Assembly: GCA_963814585.1 (NCBI GenBank)
Contig: CAWFDF010000012.1
Coordinates: forward strand, 384,001-448,000
Length of the DNA: 64,000 bases
Reading direction: 5' to 3'
Source of the DNA: an uncultured delta proteobacterium
GTDB taxonomy: Bacteria; Myxococcota; Myxococcia; Myxococcales; Anaeromyxobacteraceae
Shown: positions 39,401 through 50,611 of the stretch, piece by piece
How positions within the stretch are numbered: the stretch's first letter is position 1
Layout of the letters: each line of letters begins with the position of its first letter
Notes under the pieces: generated by a model
What the model was told of the DNA's origin: nothing
The model's database searches: none
The model's input: the letters and a program-made list of their open reading frames with translations, nothing else
Made by a program: the position numbers and the translations under genes

Positions 39401-42400
39401 CGGCCCCGCTCTGGACCGTGACCGAGGTCGGCCCGGAGCTCGCCGCCTGCGGCGTGCCGACATTGACGTCCACCCAGGTCGCCGAGGCGCTCAGGCTGAG
39501 CGTCTGTGGCGTCGCCGGCGCCGTACACCCCGACCAGGTCAGGTTCAGGCTCGCCCCGATCCCGTTCACCGGCACGGTCGGCGGCGTCGTGCAGGTCACC
39601 CCCGTCAGCGTGGCCGCGGTCACGTTGGCCGCGGCGGTGCCGGTCTTGGCCAGCGCCAGCGTCACCGTGAACCCCTGGCCGGTGTTGAGCGTCGATGGCG
39701 TCGCCGTCAGGCTGGTCGCCGTCACCGCCGCCGCCGACTGGACCGTCACGGCCGCCAGCGCCGGGCCCGCCGTCTGCGGCGTGCCGACGTTGACGTCCAC
39801 CCAGGTCGCCGAGGCGCTCAGGCTGAGCGTCTGTGGCGTCGCCGGCGCCGTGCACCCCGACCAGGTCAGGTTCAGGCTCGCCCCGATCCCGTTCACCGGC
39901 ACGGTCGGCGCCGTCGTGCAGGTCACCCCCGTCAGCGTGGCCGCGGTCACGTTGGCCGCGGCCGTGCCGGTCTTGGCCAGCGCCAGCGTCACCGTGAACG
40001 CCTGGCCGGTGTTGAGCGTCGACGGCGTCGCCGTCAGGCTGGTCGCCGTCACCACGGCCCCGCTCTGGACCGTGACCGTCGCCAGCGCCGGCCCGGCCGC
40101 CTGCGGCGTGCCCACGTTGACGTCGACCCAGGTCGCCGATGCGCTCAGGCTGAGCGTCTGTGGCGTCGCCGGCGCCGTACATCCCGACCAGGTCAGGTTC
40201 AGGCTGGCCCCGACCCCGTTCACCGGCAGCGTCGGCGGCGTCGTGCAGGTCGTCCCGGTGAGCGTGGCCGCGGTCACGTTGGCCGCGGCGGTGCCGGTCT
40301 TGGCGAGGGCCAGCGTCACCGTGAATCCCTGGCTCGTGTTGAGCGTCGACGGCGTCGCCGTCAGGCTGGTCGCCGTCACCACCGCCGCCGACTGGACCGT
40401 CACGGTCGCCAGCGCCGGGCCCGCCGCCTGCGGCGTGCCCACGTTGACGTCCACCCAGGTCGCCGAGGCGCTCAGGCTGAGCGTCTGTGGCGTCGCCGGC
40501 GCCGTACACCCCGACCAGGTCAGGTTCAGGCTGGCCCCGACCCCGTTCACCGGCAGCGTCGGCGGCGTCGTGCAGGTCGTCCCGGTGAGCGTGGCCGCAG
40601 TCACGTTGGCCGCGGCGGTGCCGGTCTTGGCCAGCGCCAGCGTCACCGTGAACGCCCGGCCGGTGTTGAGCGTCGACGGGGTCGCCGTGAGCCCGGTTGC
40701 CGTCACCACCGCCCCGCTCTGGACCGTGACCGAGATCGGCCCGGAGCTCGCCGCCTGCGGCGTGCCGACGTTGACGTCGACCCACGTCGCCGAGGCGCTC
40801 AGGTTGAGCGTCCCCGCGCTGGGCGAGCTGCACCCCGACCAGGTCAGGTTCAGGCTCGCCCCGATCCCGTTCACCGGCACCGTCGGCGCCGTCGTGCAGG
40901 TCACCCCCGTCAGCGTGGCCGCGGTCACGTTGGCCGCGGCCGTGCCGGTCTTGGCCAGCGCCAGCGTCACCGTGAACGCCTGGCCGGTGTTGAGCGTCGA
41001 CGGCGTCGCCGTCAGGCTGGTCGCCGTCACCACCGCCGCGGTCTGGACCGTCGTGGTCGAGGTGACGGGGACGGGGGCGAGCGGCAGGTTGGAGTTGGCA
41101 GCCGTTCCGGTCGCGGTCGCGGTGTAGGTGACGATTCCGGTACCAGTGCCCGTGGCCGTGCCCGTGCAACTGTACGGGAAGGCCCCCGTGCCGCCTGCGG
41201 CGATGACCGTGGGGCCGGCCACCGTGGCCGTGCACGCGGCCGCGGCGCCGCTGGCGCCCACCGAGACCAGGCTGAAGACCACGCCGGTCACGGAGGCGCC
41301 GCCGGCCGCCGCCGTGTTCGTCAAGGTCACGGTCAGCGGGAACACCTGTCCCACGCTGACCTTGGCCGGCGGTGGCGTGGTGTACGCCACCGCCAGCCCG
41401 GCCGCCGCCTGGACCGTGATCGCCGCGGAGGTCGAGTTCGTGGTGTTCTGGAACGTCGGAACGCTGGCGTCCACCCAGGTCGCGAAGCCAGAGGTCGCGA
41501 TCACCTGCGGGCTCGCGGGGGCCGTGCATCCCGTCCAGGTGAGGACCAGCGTGGAGGCCATTGCGTTCACGGGCAGGACCGGGGCCACCGAGCACGACGC
41601 GGCATAGTCCATGGACGCACCCGTCACGTTGACGATGGTCCCTCCGGACTTCGAGAGCGTGAGGCTGATGGCGAATGTCTGTCCCGTGCTCAGCGTGGCT
41701 GGCGTCGACACGATGCTCATGGCCGTCACCGTCGCGGCGGCGACGACGGTGACCGCCACGGGCCCGAAGGCCGCCACCTGGGACGTGCCGGTGTTGACCG
41801 CCACCCACGTCGCCGATCCGGTGATGCTGAGCGTCCCTGGAGTCGCCGGCGCCGTGCACCCCGACCAGGTCAGGTTCAGGCTCGCCCCGGCCCCGTTCAC
41901 CGGCAGCGTCGGGGGCGTGGCGCAGGTCACGCCCGCCAGCGTGGCCGCGGTCACGTTGGCCGCGGCGGTGCCGGTCTTGGCCAGCGCCAGCGTCACCGTG
42001 AACCCCTGCCCGGTGGTGAGGGTCGCCGGAGTCGCCGTGAGCGCGGTCGCCGTCACCACCGCTGGCGTCTGCACCGTTGCGGTGGCGCTCGCCGTGTTCG
42101 ACGTCACCACGAGCGACGTGTCGTTGGAGTCGGTGCCCGACGCGGAGGCCGAGAGGGTGACTGTTCCCGGGGAGGCCGAAGAGCAGTTCGCATAGACGAA
42201 GACCACCGGAGAGCCGAAGGACACCGTGGCCAGGGTCGGCGACGGCGCCGCGCAGCCGGCGATCGGCGTGGGCGTGACCGAGAGGGCCTCGGCAGCCCCC
42301 GTGTTGCTCACCGAGAGGCGCGCCGTGAAAGGCTGGCTGACATTCACCGTGAACGGCTGCCCGGTGGAGACCGGGGGCGATCGCTCGAAGGTCAGGGTCG

Positions 42401-44933
42401 CCGCCAGGGATGCCGGCGTCTCCACCGTGACCGAGGCGCCGGGCTGCGCGGTGACGGCTCCGCCGGAGAAGGCGTCGGTTCCACTCACCGACAGGCCGAA
42501 GTCGAGGTGCCCGGTGGAGAGGCCTGCCGTCAGCGATGGGCTGTAGGTCCAGGCGACGGTGATCGTGCCACCTGCGGCCAGGACCGACGGCGGCGCCGGG
42601 GCGGGGCCGGTGATCCGGACGGCCCTGGCACCATCCGTCGAGTTGACGCTGGGGGTACCGACGACCAGGTTCCGGACATCGGCGAGCCCCTGATTGCTCA
42701 AGGTCAGGGTCAGGGTGATGACCTGCCCCACGCTGGCCGTCGCCGGCACCGCCGAGAGCGTGGCGGTCATGGTGGCCGAGCCGATGACGAAGCCCCCCGA
42801 GGTCGCCGCGCCGGAGCCCAGCGGCGCGCCGGAGTTGCCGTCCAGTCCGCTGGCGCTCGAGGAGAAGGTGACCGTTCCCGGAGTCGTCCCTGCCACCAAG
42901 GTCCACGTGAAGGTGGCGCTGGCGCCCGCCGCGAGGGAGGCCAGGGAGGCGGGGACCGGCCCGGTCCCGGCCTTCAGGGCCGCCAGGCTGGCGGGTTCCA
43001 CCCTGAGCGTGCCCGGCAGGACGTTGGTCGCCGCGGAGCCCCCCGTGTTGGTGACCGTCATCGCCACCGTGAACTCCTTCCCGATGGCGGCAGCCCCGGA
43101 AGCCGGGAGGCTCGCCACCAGCACGGCGGGTGCCTGCACGGTTCCGCTGGCGCTGGCCGTGTTCGACACCACCAGCTGGGACGGGTTGTTGGCGTCGGTC
43201 CCCGAGGCGGACGCGGAGCGCGTGAAGGTCCCCAGCGTCGTCGAGGAGCAGCTCGCGTAGGTGAAGACCACCGGCGAGCCGGCGTTCACCGTGGCCGAGA
43301 CGGGCGACGGCGCCCCACAGCCGGCGATCGGCGTGGCCGTGACCGCGAGGGCCGCGGCGACCCCCGTGTTGCTCACCGAGAGCTTCGCCGTGAAGACCTG
43401 GCCAGCGTTCACCGTGAACGGCTGCCCGACGGGAACCGGAGGCGATCGCTCGAAGGTCAGGGTCGCCGCCAGGGCCGCCGGCGCCTCCACCGTGGCCGAG
43501 GCGCCGAGCGGGGCGGAGATGGCTTCGCCGGAGAAGGCGTCGGTTCCACTCACCAACAGGCCGAAGTCGAGGTGACCGGTGGAGAGGCCGGTCGTCAGCG
43601 ATGGGCTGTAGGTCCAGGCGACGGTGATCGTCCCTCCCGCCGCCAGGACCGACGGCGGTGTCGGGGAGGGGCCGGAGAGCCGGAGGAACCTGGCGCCGTC
43701 CGTCGAGCTGACGCTGGGCGTCCCGACCACCAGGTTCCGGACGTCGGCCAATCCGGGATTGGCCAGGGTCAGCGTCAGGGTGATGACCTGGCCCACGCTG
43801 GCCGTCGCTGGCGCCGCCGACAGGGTGGCGTTCAGGCCGGCCGCGCCGATGACGAAGCCCCCCGAGATCGCCGTGCCGGACGCCAGCGGCGCTCCCGAGT
43901 TGGCGTCCAGTCCGCTGGCGCTCGAGGAGAAGGTGACCGTGCCCGGAGTGGTCCCGGCCACGACGGTCCAGGTGAAGGTGTCGCTGGCTCCGGCCGGGAG
44001 CGAGCCCAGGGCGGCGGGGACCGGTCCGGTCCCGGGCTTCAGGGCCGCCAGGCTGGCGGGGGCCACCGTGAACGCGCCCGGCATGACGTTGGTCGCCGCG
44101 GCGCCGCCCGGGTTGGTGACCGTCATGGCCACCGTGAACTCCCTCCCGACGGCGGCCGCCCCGGAAGCCGGGAAGGTCGCCGCCAGCCCGGCCGGGAGCT
44201 CCACGGTCACGCTGGCGGGAACGGCGGGATCGGTATCGCCCCGCACCGTGGTGCCCGAGAAGCTGTCGGTGGCGCTCGCCGCGCCCGCGAAGGCGACGCC
44301 GCCGGCGCCGGTGGCCGGGTAGATCCAGGTGAACGTCCCGGAGGCGGCCGGCGCCAGCGTGGCGATGGCGGCCGGGTCCGGACCGGAGGGCGACCCCACC
44401 GTGCCGGCACCGCTCACGGTGGGTGCATCCGGGACCACGTCGAGGGCCTCGGTGGTCCCGGTGTTGGTCACGGTGAGCGTGACCGTGATGGGCTGGCCGA
44501 CGCTGACCGTCGCCGGCGCGGCGGAGATGGCGGCCGAGATCGACGCCAGGGCGGTCCCCACCACCGTGTAGGCGCTCGCCAGCTCGCCGGCGCTGCCGTA
44601 GGGTCCCTGGACGCGCAGGGTCTTCATCCCGGGTGAAATGCCGGCCGGCACGGTCGCCGTGAGCGTCTGCTCGTCGATCCGGCGGACGTCCAGGAGCGAC
44701 TGGTCCCCGAGCCAGGCCTGGAAGGTCGAGTCCATGGAGGGCGCCCCACCCGACGATGGCTGGACCGGGCGCACCGAGAAGCCGGCGCCGTGGATCACCA
44801 CCGGGGTGGCGTTCGCCGCGTAGCCCCGGCTGGGCGTCACCGACGTGGGCGAGGGGGACGGGAGGACCGAGCTCCCGCACCCGGCGAGCGTGAGGACCGT
44901 GAGGAGGATCGGAGCGCGGTGTCTAGCCCACAT
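36438..44933 (-). CDS. Giant (~2830 aa) Thr/Ala-rich repeat lipoprotein, putative adhesin; several indels at 38455-38790
   Basis: Lipobox LAGC, IPT-like first domain, a 355-aa duplication, then 109-aa repeats continuing across ORF fragments 38742..44933 and 36438..38618 to the stop at 36438. Confidence 0.85.
37130..41045. repeat. Twelve near-identical tandem 324-327 bp coding repeats
   Basis: Anchor gtcttggc at 37357, 37681, 38008, 38335, 38663, 38989, 39316, 39643, 39970, 40297, 40624 and 40948; diverged copies near 36680, 41660 and 41975. Confidence 0.95.
42060..44190. repeat. Two-copy 1065-bp in-frame duplication
   Basis: ggcgatcgctcgaaggtcagg at 42376 and 43441; gagaaggtgaccgt at 42862 and 43927. 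Confidence 0.9.
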
Positions 44934-46665
44934 CGAAGCGGTACCCCAGGAGGCCGAGGAAGGTGGTGCTGGCGCCGCTCATCGTCGCCATCCCCGGATC
45001 GCCGACCCAGGTGAGGCGCGCCTCGAGGAAGAGCGGGACCTTCAAGAAGAGCGGGGTCACCGAGAGCGAGCCGCTCGCGACCGGGACCAGCCCGTACTCG
45101 CTCACGGTGGGCTGGCCCGCGAGCTCGGCTCGATTCGACACCACGCCGACCCCGGCGCCCAGCGTCGCCCAGAGCATCCAGCGATCCCCGAGCTGCTTCC
45201 GCCCGGCGGCCGAGACGAGGAGGGATGGGTAGTACTGCGTGGCCTGGTAGGACGAGGCCACGCCGTCGACGGTCGGCGTGCTCGAGCTGGACTGCATCCA
45301 CCAGCTCAGCTCGATCACCAGCCCGACCTGGTTGCGCCCGAAGCGCGTCCAGGCCGCACCCTCGGTGCCGATGGCCGGCCCCGCGCCGCCTCCCGCCGCC
45401 GCCACCCCGGCCTTCAGCCCGGCCGTCAGGGAGAGGCGGCTGGGCAAGAGCTCCAGGTCCACGGTGGTGGAGGCCGTACCGGCCGTGATCACCACCTGCT
45501 CGGTGGTGTCCTCGGTGATCGGTGGCGGAAGGTACGGCAGGGCCCACTGGCCCGGCCCGACGCGGTACGCCGCCTTGAACGTCCCGCGCGTCCCGGAGCC
45601 CACGGGGACGTCGCCCACCGGGCTTCCCTGGGCGTCGAGCACCGCCACGTGCAGGACCTCGAGCTGCCCGCGGCTCGAGGCGTCGACGCGAATGGGCCCG
45701 TGCGGCGTGACCCGGACCGCCGCCGCCGCCGACGCCGTGATGGAGAAGGTGGCCCTGGCCTCGATCCCGTCGGTCCGCGCGGTGACCACGAACGACTCGC
45801 TGCGCGTGCCCGGAGGCACCATCAGCGAGGCGCGGTAGACCCCGCGCTCGAGCTGGCCCGGCCTTCCCAGCTTCGCCACGTTCGACTCCAGCTCCAGAGG
45901 TCCCTCGGTGAGGTTGCCGGCCGAGTCCAGGATGTGCACGAGCACCGCGGTGCTCGTGCCGTCACCCCCGCCCTCGCTGACCAGGTCCTTGGCGATCTCG
46001 ATCGCCGCGGGCGGTCCCGGGTTGAGCGCCAGGGCGGTGACGGCCGGCGGCTCCGCGCCGAAGGCGGCCTCCACGCGAGCGTCGCTGTTCTTGCCGGCGG
46101 GCAGGTGCCAGCGGCCCCGCCAGACGCCGGGCGCCAGCGGCGCCACGCCGGCGACGCTCCCGACGCTGGCCCGGAAGGATGGGGCGGCCCCCTGGCGGGG
46201 TGTCCCCTGCCCGTCGACGGCGAAGGCGTAGACCAGCACGTCGGAGTCCTGGTCGGCGCGCGCTGCCGCCGGCTGGACCACGGTCAGGGCCACCGGCCCG
46301 CTGGCCCGGGCAGCCCCTGCCGCGGCGATGCGGACCACCGAGAATCCACAGGTGCTCTCGCCCACCGCAGCGATCACCGCCACCGGCGGGGAGGAAGGGG
46401 CGGCGGTGAACTCGGCAACGATGGCCTCGGTCCCCAGGGCGATGGGCGGGCCGACGCTTCCAGAGCTGGCACGGAAGCGGATGTCGGAGCCCTCGGCGGC
46501 GATGCGAACCCGGGCCGTGCGTGAGCCGGCCTGGATCGTCGGAGGCGAGATCGAGACGGCCAGGTCACACTTCGGTGGCGCGGCCCAGGCGCCACCCGGG
46601 ATTCCCGAGAGCGCTGCCAGGCCGATGGCCATCCGAATGGCCATCCGGGCGATCGCACGTCCCAT
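44923..46665 (-). CDS. Secreted protein with Ig-like domains and a C-terminal small beta-barrel
   Basis: Signal peptide ending AWA; three units (AVDGQGTP, ILDSAGNL, VLDAQGSP) each followed by a GxW/Y strand; about 8 amphipathic strands ending FLGLLGYRFDVG. Confidence 0.7.
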   Translation of the reverse strand: MGRAIARMAIRMAIGLAALSGIPGGAWAAPPKCDLAVSISPPTIQAGSRTARVRIAAEGSDIRFRASSGSVGPPIALGTEAIVAEFTAAPSSPPVAVIAAVGESTCGFSVVRIAAAGAARASGPVALTVVQPAAARADQDSDVLVYAFAVDGQGTPRQGAAPSFRASVGSVAGVAPLAPGVWRGRWHLPAGKNSDARVEAAFGAEPPAVTALALNPGPPAAIEIAKDLVSEGGGDGTSTAVLVHILDSAGNLTEGPLELESNVAKLGRPGQLERGVYRASLMVPPGTRSESFVVTARTDGIEARATFSITASAAAAVRVTPHGPIRVDASSRGQLEVLHVAVLDAQGSPVGDVPVGSGTRGTFKAAYRVGPGQWALPYLPPPITEDTTEQVVITAGTASTTVDLELLPSRLSLTAGLKAGVAAAGGGAGPAIGTEGAAWTRFGRNQVGLVIELSWWMQSSSSTPTVDGVASSYQATQYYPSLLVSAAGRKQLGDRWMLWATLGAGVGVVSNRAELAGQPTVSEYGLVPVASGSLSVTPLFLKVPLFLEARLTWVGDPGMATMSGASTTFLGLLGYRFDVG

Positions 46666-46920
46666 CAACCAGACCCTCCCCGACCCCGGGCCCACGGTGA
46701 TGCGGGCGGGAGTCCGACCCGAAAGAATCGCCACCGGCGGGCCGATCTCCAAGGTGCTTCTTGGGGTGTGCGCGCCACGCGCATCGACGGCGGGGGACCC
46801 GGTGACGTGGAGTCAGGGTACGACCGCCCGCCCTCCTGACGCTCCTGGCGCCGGGTCTCGGGAGGCCCCGATGGCGGCTGGAGATTTTCTTGCCCACCCG
46901 GACCGTGGGAGGATCCGCCC

Positions 46921-48039
46921 GTGGCACCTCCGACCCCCACCTCCGGGCTGGCCGCCAGGCGATGGACGCCCGCGGTGGCGCTCCTGGGCGCACTGGCCGG
47001 CGCGCTCGGCTGTGCCGCCGCACCTCCGCGGAAGATGACCTTCCTCGAGGCGGGCCTGGCCGGCCCGCTGCCCGGACCTGGATCGGTTCAAGCCTCGCCT
47101 ACCACCGCTCCACCGGCGGCGCCGCTGGCTCCGGGAGCGCCCCGTCCTTCCGGGCCGGGATCCCCACCTCGGCCGCTGCTCGCCGTCCCGCAGCCGGCTC
47201 CCCCGGTGAGCGACGCCCTGCCCGAGTGGGGTCCCGGCGATCCACCCGGCTGGCCGTCGATCGACCCCGTCCTGCTCCGCTTCGCCGCCGAGGCCCGGTC
47301 TCGCCGCTTCCGCGCAGCGTCCGGGCGGGGCTTTCCACCCGCCTCCGAGGCCGCCTGGCGAGGACTGGTGAGGCAGCTCGACGGCTACCTGGCCCGGCCG
47401 CTCTCGCAGACCCCGCTCCTCGAGCTGGTCCGCGCCAGCGTGACGCTGGACGCCGAGTGGGACTTCGACCTGCGCCGCCACGGGCCGGCGCCGGCTGGAC
47501 TCGCCCGGCTGGTGACGGACCGGGCCCGGCGCCTCTCGACGCGCGTCGCGGCCTCCCGGGCCATCGGAAACACCATGTTCGCCTTCCGGCCGCCCGGCCG
47601 CCTCCGCTGGCCCATCGAGAACGCCGGCCTCTCCTCGGGCTTCGGACCGCGCCACCACCCGCTCGACGGCACCCCCCAGCGCCACGCCGGCATCGACCTC
47701 GCGACCGAGGCGGGGCGCGTGGTCAGCGCCGCGACGCAGGGCCACGTGGTGAGCGCCGGCTGGTCCGGAGGCTACGGGCTCCTGGTCGAAGTCCGCCACG
47801 CCGGCGACCTGACCACGCGCTACGGCCACCTCTCGGCGCTCCTCTGCGCTCCGGGCGACGCGCTGGAGGCCGGCGCGCCCGTCGGCCTCGTCGGCCGGAC
47901 CGGAGTCTCCACCGGGCCACACCTCCACTTCGAGGTCTGGGAGGGCGGGCAGCCGCGCGATCCCCTGGCCTTCATCGGCGGCGGCTCCGGGCTGGCCGGC
48001 CCCGCCACCGCGTCGTTCACTTCCGGTGGCGCCCGGTGA
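46921..48039 (+). CDS. M23 family metallopeptidase lipoprotein
   Basis: Lipobox ALGC; SSGFGPRHHP, HAGIDL, TRYGHL, STGPHLHFEV. Confidence 0.9.
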   Translation: MAPPTPTSGLAARRWTPAVALLGALAGALGCAAAPPRKMTFLEAGLAGPLPGPGSVQASPTTAPPAAPLAPGAPRPSGPGSPPRPLLAVPQPAPPVSDALPEWGPGDPPGWPSIDPVLLRFAAEARSRRFRAASGRGFPPASEAAWRGLVRQLDGYLARPLSQTPLLELVRASVTLDAEWDFDLRRHGPAPAGLARLVTDRARRLSTRVAASRAIGNTMFAFRPPGRLRWPIENAGLSSGFGPRHHPLDGTPQRHAGIDLATEAGRVVSAATQGHVVSAGWSGGYGLLVEVRHAGDLTTRYGHLSALLCAPGDALEAGAPVGLVGRTGVSTGPHLHFEVWEGGQPRDPLAFIGGGSGLAGPATASFTSGGAR

Positions 48040-49094
48040 TCATCGCCGCCGCGCTGCTGGCGCTCCTCGCCGGCGCCGAGCGGTTCGTCCCCGCCGGCGC
48101 CTCCCTCGCCGAGGCGGCGGCCCGGTCCACGGCCGGGGACACCCTCCGGCTCGGCCCGGGCGAGCACCGCGGCACGCTCGGCCGCCTGGCCGGCGTGACC
48201 GTGGCCGGAGCCGGCGCCGGGGTCACCGTGGTGCTGGCCCCGCCCGGCGAGGACGCCGCCATCGTCGACGGCGGCGCCGCGTTCCGCGGGCTGTCGCTGG
48301 TGGCCGGGCCCGCGCGGTCCGCCGTCAAGGCGCTGGCCGGAGAGGTCACCTTCGACGGCGTGGCGCTGGTGGGGGGCGAGGTCGGCCTCTTCGTCGACGG
48401 CGCGCGGGTCACCGGCCGCGACCTCTGGCTGGAAGGGACCTACGGCCTGCTGCAGCGGTCCGGAGCCGTGGCGGTTTCCGGCGTGACCGCCCGCGGCTCG
48501 CGGGCCGGCGTGGCGCTCCTCGGCGGCGAGCTCGAGCTCGCCCGCGGCGCCGTCACCGGCCCGTCGGGGGAGGCGGCGGTCTCCATCGCCGGTGGGATCG
48601 CCCGGCTCGCCGAGCTGGCGCTGCGAAACGGGGGCCCCTCCGGGCTCTCGGTGTCGGGCGGGCGGGTCATGGCCCGCGACCTGACCATCTCCGGCCCCCG
48701 CGAGACCAGCGGCCTCGGCGGGGACTGCCTGCTCGTCATGCGCGCCACCCTGACCCTCTCCTCCAGCGAGCTGGTCGGCTGCGGAGGCGCGGCCATCGAG
48801 GCGGCCCGCGCCGAGCTCGTCCTCGACGGGGTCGACGCCGGGGGCGGGGCGGCCGGCGGCTTCATCTTCACCGACCGGACCCACGCCGTGCTGAGCGCCA
48901 CGCTGGTCACCGGCCAGGGCCCCGGGCTGGTGGCGATGCAGGGGGCGCAGGTCCGCGGCTGGCAAGCGCGCCACTGGACCGAGCCGGTCATGTGGGTCGA
49001 CTGCGGCTCGGGAGCCCGCGTCGAGCTGCTCGACGCCCACGGAGCGAGGCAGCCTTGCTCGCCGGCGGAGCCTCCCGTACCCGACCGGAGGTGA
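48036..49094 (+). CDS. Secreted right-handed beta-helix (pectin-lyase-fold) protein
   Basis: SLAEAAARSTAGDTLRLGPGEH start, then regular Gly-rich ~22-aa beta-coil units; GTG overlaps the M23 stop. Confidence 0.55.
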   Translation: MIIAAALLALLAGAERFVPAGASLAEAAARSTAGDTLRLGPGEHRGTLGRLAGVTVAGAGAGVTVVLAPPGEDAAIVDGGAAFRGLSLVAGPARSAVKALAGEVTFDGVALVGGEVGLFVDGARVTGRDLWLEGTYGLLQRSGAVAVSGVTARGSRAGVALLGGELELARGAVTGPSGEAAVSIAGGIARLAELALRNGGPSGLSVSGGRVMARDLTISGPRETSGLGGDCLLVMRATLTLSSSELVGCGGAAIEAARAELVLDGVDAGGGAAGGFIFTDRTHAVLSATLVTGQGPGLVAMQGAQVRGWQARHWTEPVMWVDCGSGARVELLDAHGARQPCSPAEPPVPDRR

Positions 49095-49213
49095 GCGAAG
49101 TTGCCTCCAAGGGGGTAGCACCGGCTCGACTTCCAGCCACCGGCGTGACAGGTATGGTGAGCGCGGCCGGCCCCGAGGGGGAGGCGCGCCGAGTCCAGGG
49201 AGCCAGGAAACCG

Positions 49214-50071
49214 ATGCAGATCAACCTGCGGAAGGCGATGTTCGTCCTTCCCAACCTCTTCACGGTCAGCTCGATCTTCCTCGGGTTCTACGCGCTCGTC
49301 CTCTGCTCGGGCGAGGCCACCCCGCTCCAGCTCTACCAGGCGGCCCTGGCCATCTTCTTCGCCATGTTCTTCGACGCCTTCGACGGGCGCGTGGCGCGGA
49401 TGACCAAGACCCAGAGCGACTTCGGCGTCCAGCTCGACAGCCTCGCCGACGTGATGAGCTTCGGCGCCGCGCCGGCCCTGCTGGTCTACAAGTGGGCGCT
49501 GGCCCCCATGGGCGCGCTCGGCCTGTTCCTCTCCTTCTCCTTCGCCGCCTGTGGCGCGCTCCGGCTGGCCCGGTTCAACGTGCTGGCGATGCGCGGCGAC
49601 AAGGGCTCCTCCCGCTTCTTCGTCGGCCTCCCCATCCCGCTGGCCGCCGGCGCGGTGGTGGCGCTGGTGATCGCCCATTACGCCGAGTTCCAGCAGAACG
49701 TCGCCCCGGCCATCCAGACGCCCGTGGCGGTGGTGGTGGGGCTGCTCTCCTTCCTCATGGTCTCGACGGTCCGCTACCGGACCTTCAAGGACGCCCACCT
49801 CTCCGCCAAGAGCCTCGCCGTCCTCGGCCTGCTGCTGATCGCCGGCCTCGCCATCGCCATCAAGACCCGCCCATCCTTCGTGCTGGTGGTCTTCATGCTG
49901 GCCTACATCGCCATCGGGCTGGCCGAGACCCTCTTCGTCCGGCCCCGTCCGCCGGCCCCGGCGGAGGTGCCGCCCGCCGTCCGCGCCGAGCTGGAGGCCG
50001 ACGAGGCCCTCGAGCTCGACGACGTGGACGACGAGAAGGACGACAAGACCGAGGGCGACGAGTACATCTAG
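49214..50071 (+). CDS. pssA: CDP-diacylglycerol--serine O-phosphatidyltransferase
   Basis: LPNLFT, FDAFDGRVARMTKTQSDFGVQLDSLADVMSFGAAPA, LRLARFNV, FVGLPIP. Confidence 0.95.
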   Translation: MQINLRKAMFVLPNLFTVSSIFLGFYALVLCSGEATPLQLYQAALAIFFAMFFDAFDGRVARMTKTQSDFGVQLDSLADVMSFGAAPALLVYKWALAPMGALGLFLSFSFAACGALRLARFNVLAMRGDKGSSRFFVGLPIPLAAGAVVALVIAHYAEFQQNVAPAIQTPVAVVVGLLSFLMVSTVRYRTFKDAHLSAKSLAVLGLLLIAGLAIAIKTRPSFVLVVFMLAYIAIGLAETLFVRPRPPAPAEVPPAVRAELEADEALELDDVDDEKDDKTEGDEYI

Positions 50072-50074
50072 GCC

Positions 50075-50611
50075 GTGCCCTCCCCCTTCGCTGGCCTGCT
50101 CGATCACCTCGCGGCGCTGCAGCGACGGCCGGGCCCGGCCCCGGCCGCCCGGCCCGGTGGCTGGACCCTGGTCGCCGCCTGGGGACCCTGCGGCTTCTCC
50201 CCGATCGCGCCGGGCACGGTGGGAACCCTCGGCGCCGTCCCGCTCGCCTGGGCCGTCGCCCGCCTCGAGCCGCTGGCCGCAGCGTGCTTCCTGCTCGCCT
50301 TCCTCGCGCTCTCGGTCCACGCCGCCTCTCGCGCCGGCCGGTACTGGCGCATCGTCGATGCCTCGCCCATCGTCATCGACGAGGTGGCCGGCTACCTCGT
50401 CGCGGTCGCCTTCCTCCCCTTCACCTGGCGGACGGCGCTGGCCGCCTTCCTGCTCTTCCGCCTCTTCGACGTGGTCAAGCCCTGGCCGGCCTCGCGACTC
50501 GACCGCTGGAAGACCGGCTCCGGCGTGGTGCTCGACGACGTGGCGGCCGGGGCCTATGCCTGGGCCTGCCTCTGGCTCCTCCTCCGCTTCCTCCCCGGGA
50601 CCTTCCCGTGA
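50075..50611 (+). CDS. pgpA: Phosphatidylglycerophosphatase A
   Basis: APGTVGT, IVIDEVAG, FRLFDVVKPWP, VLDDVAAG. Confidence 0.95.
   Translation: MPSPFAGLLDHLAALQRRPGPAPAARPGGWTLVAAWGPCGFSPIAPGTVGTLGAVPLAWAVARLEPLAAACFLLAFLALSVHAASRAGRYWRIVDASPIVIDEVAGYLVAVAFLPFTWRTALAAFLLFRLFDVVKPWPASRLDRWKTGSGVVLDDVAAGAYAWACLWLLLRFLPGTFP

Noticed and set aside
36438..41045. Repeat array as CRISPR or diversity-generating retroelement
   Set aside because: Units are 327-bp in-frame coding repeats without unique spacers; no cas or reverse transcriptase gene is in the window.
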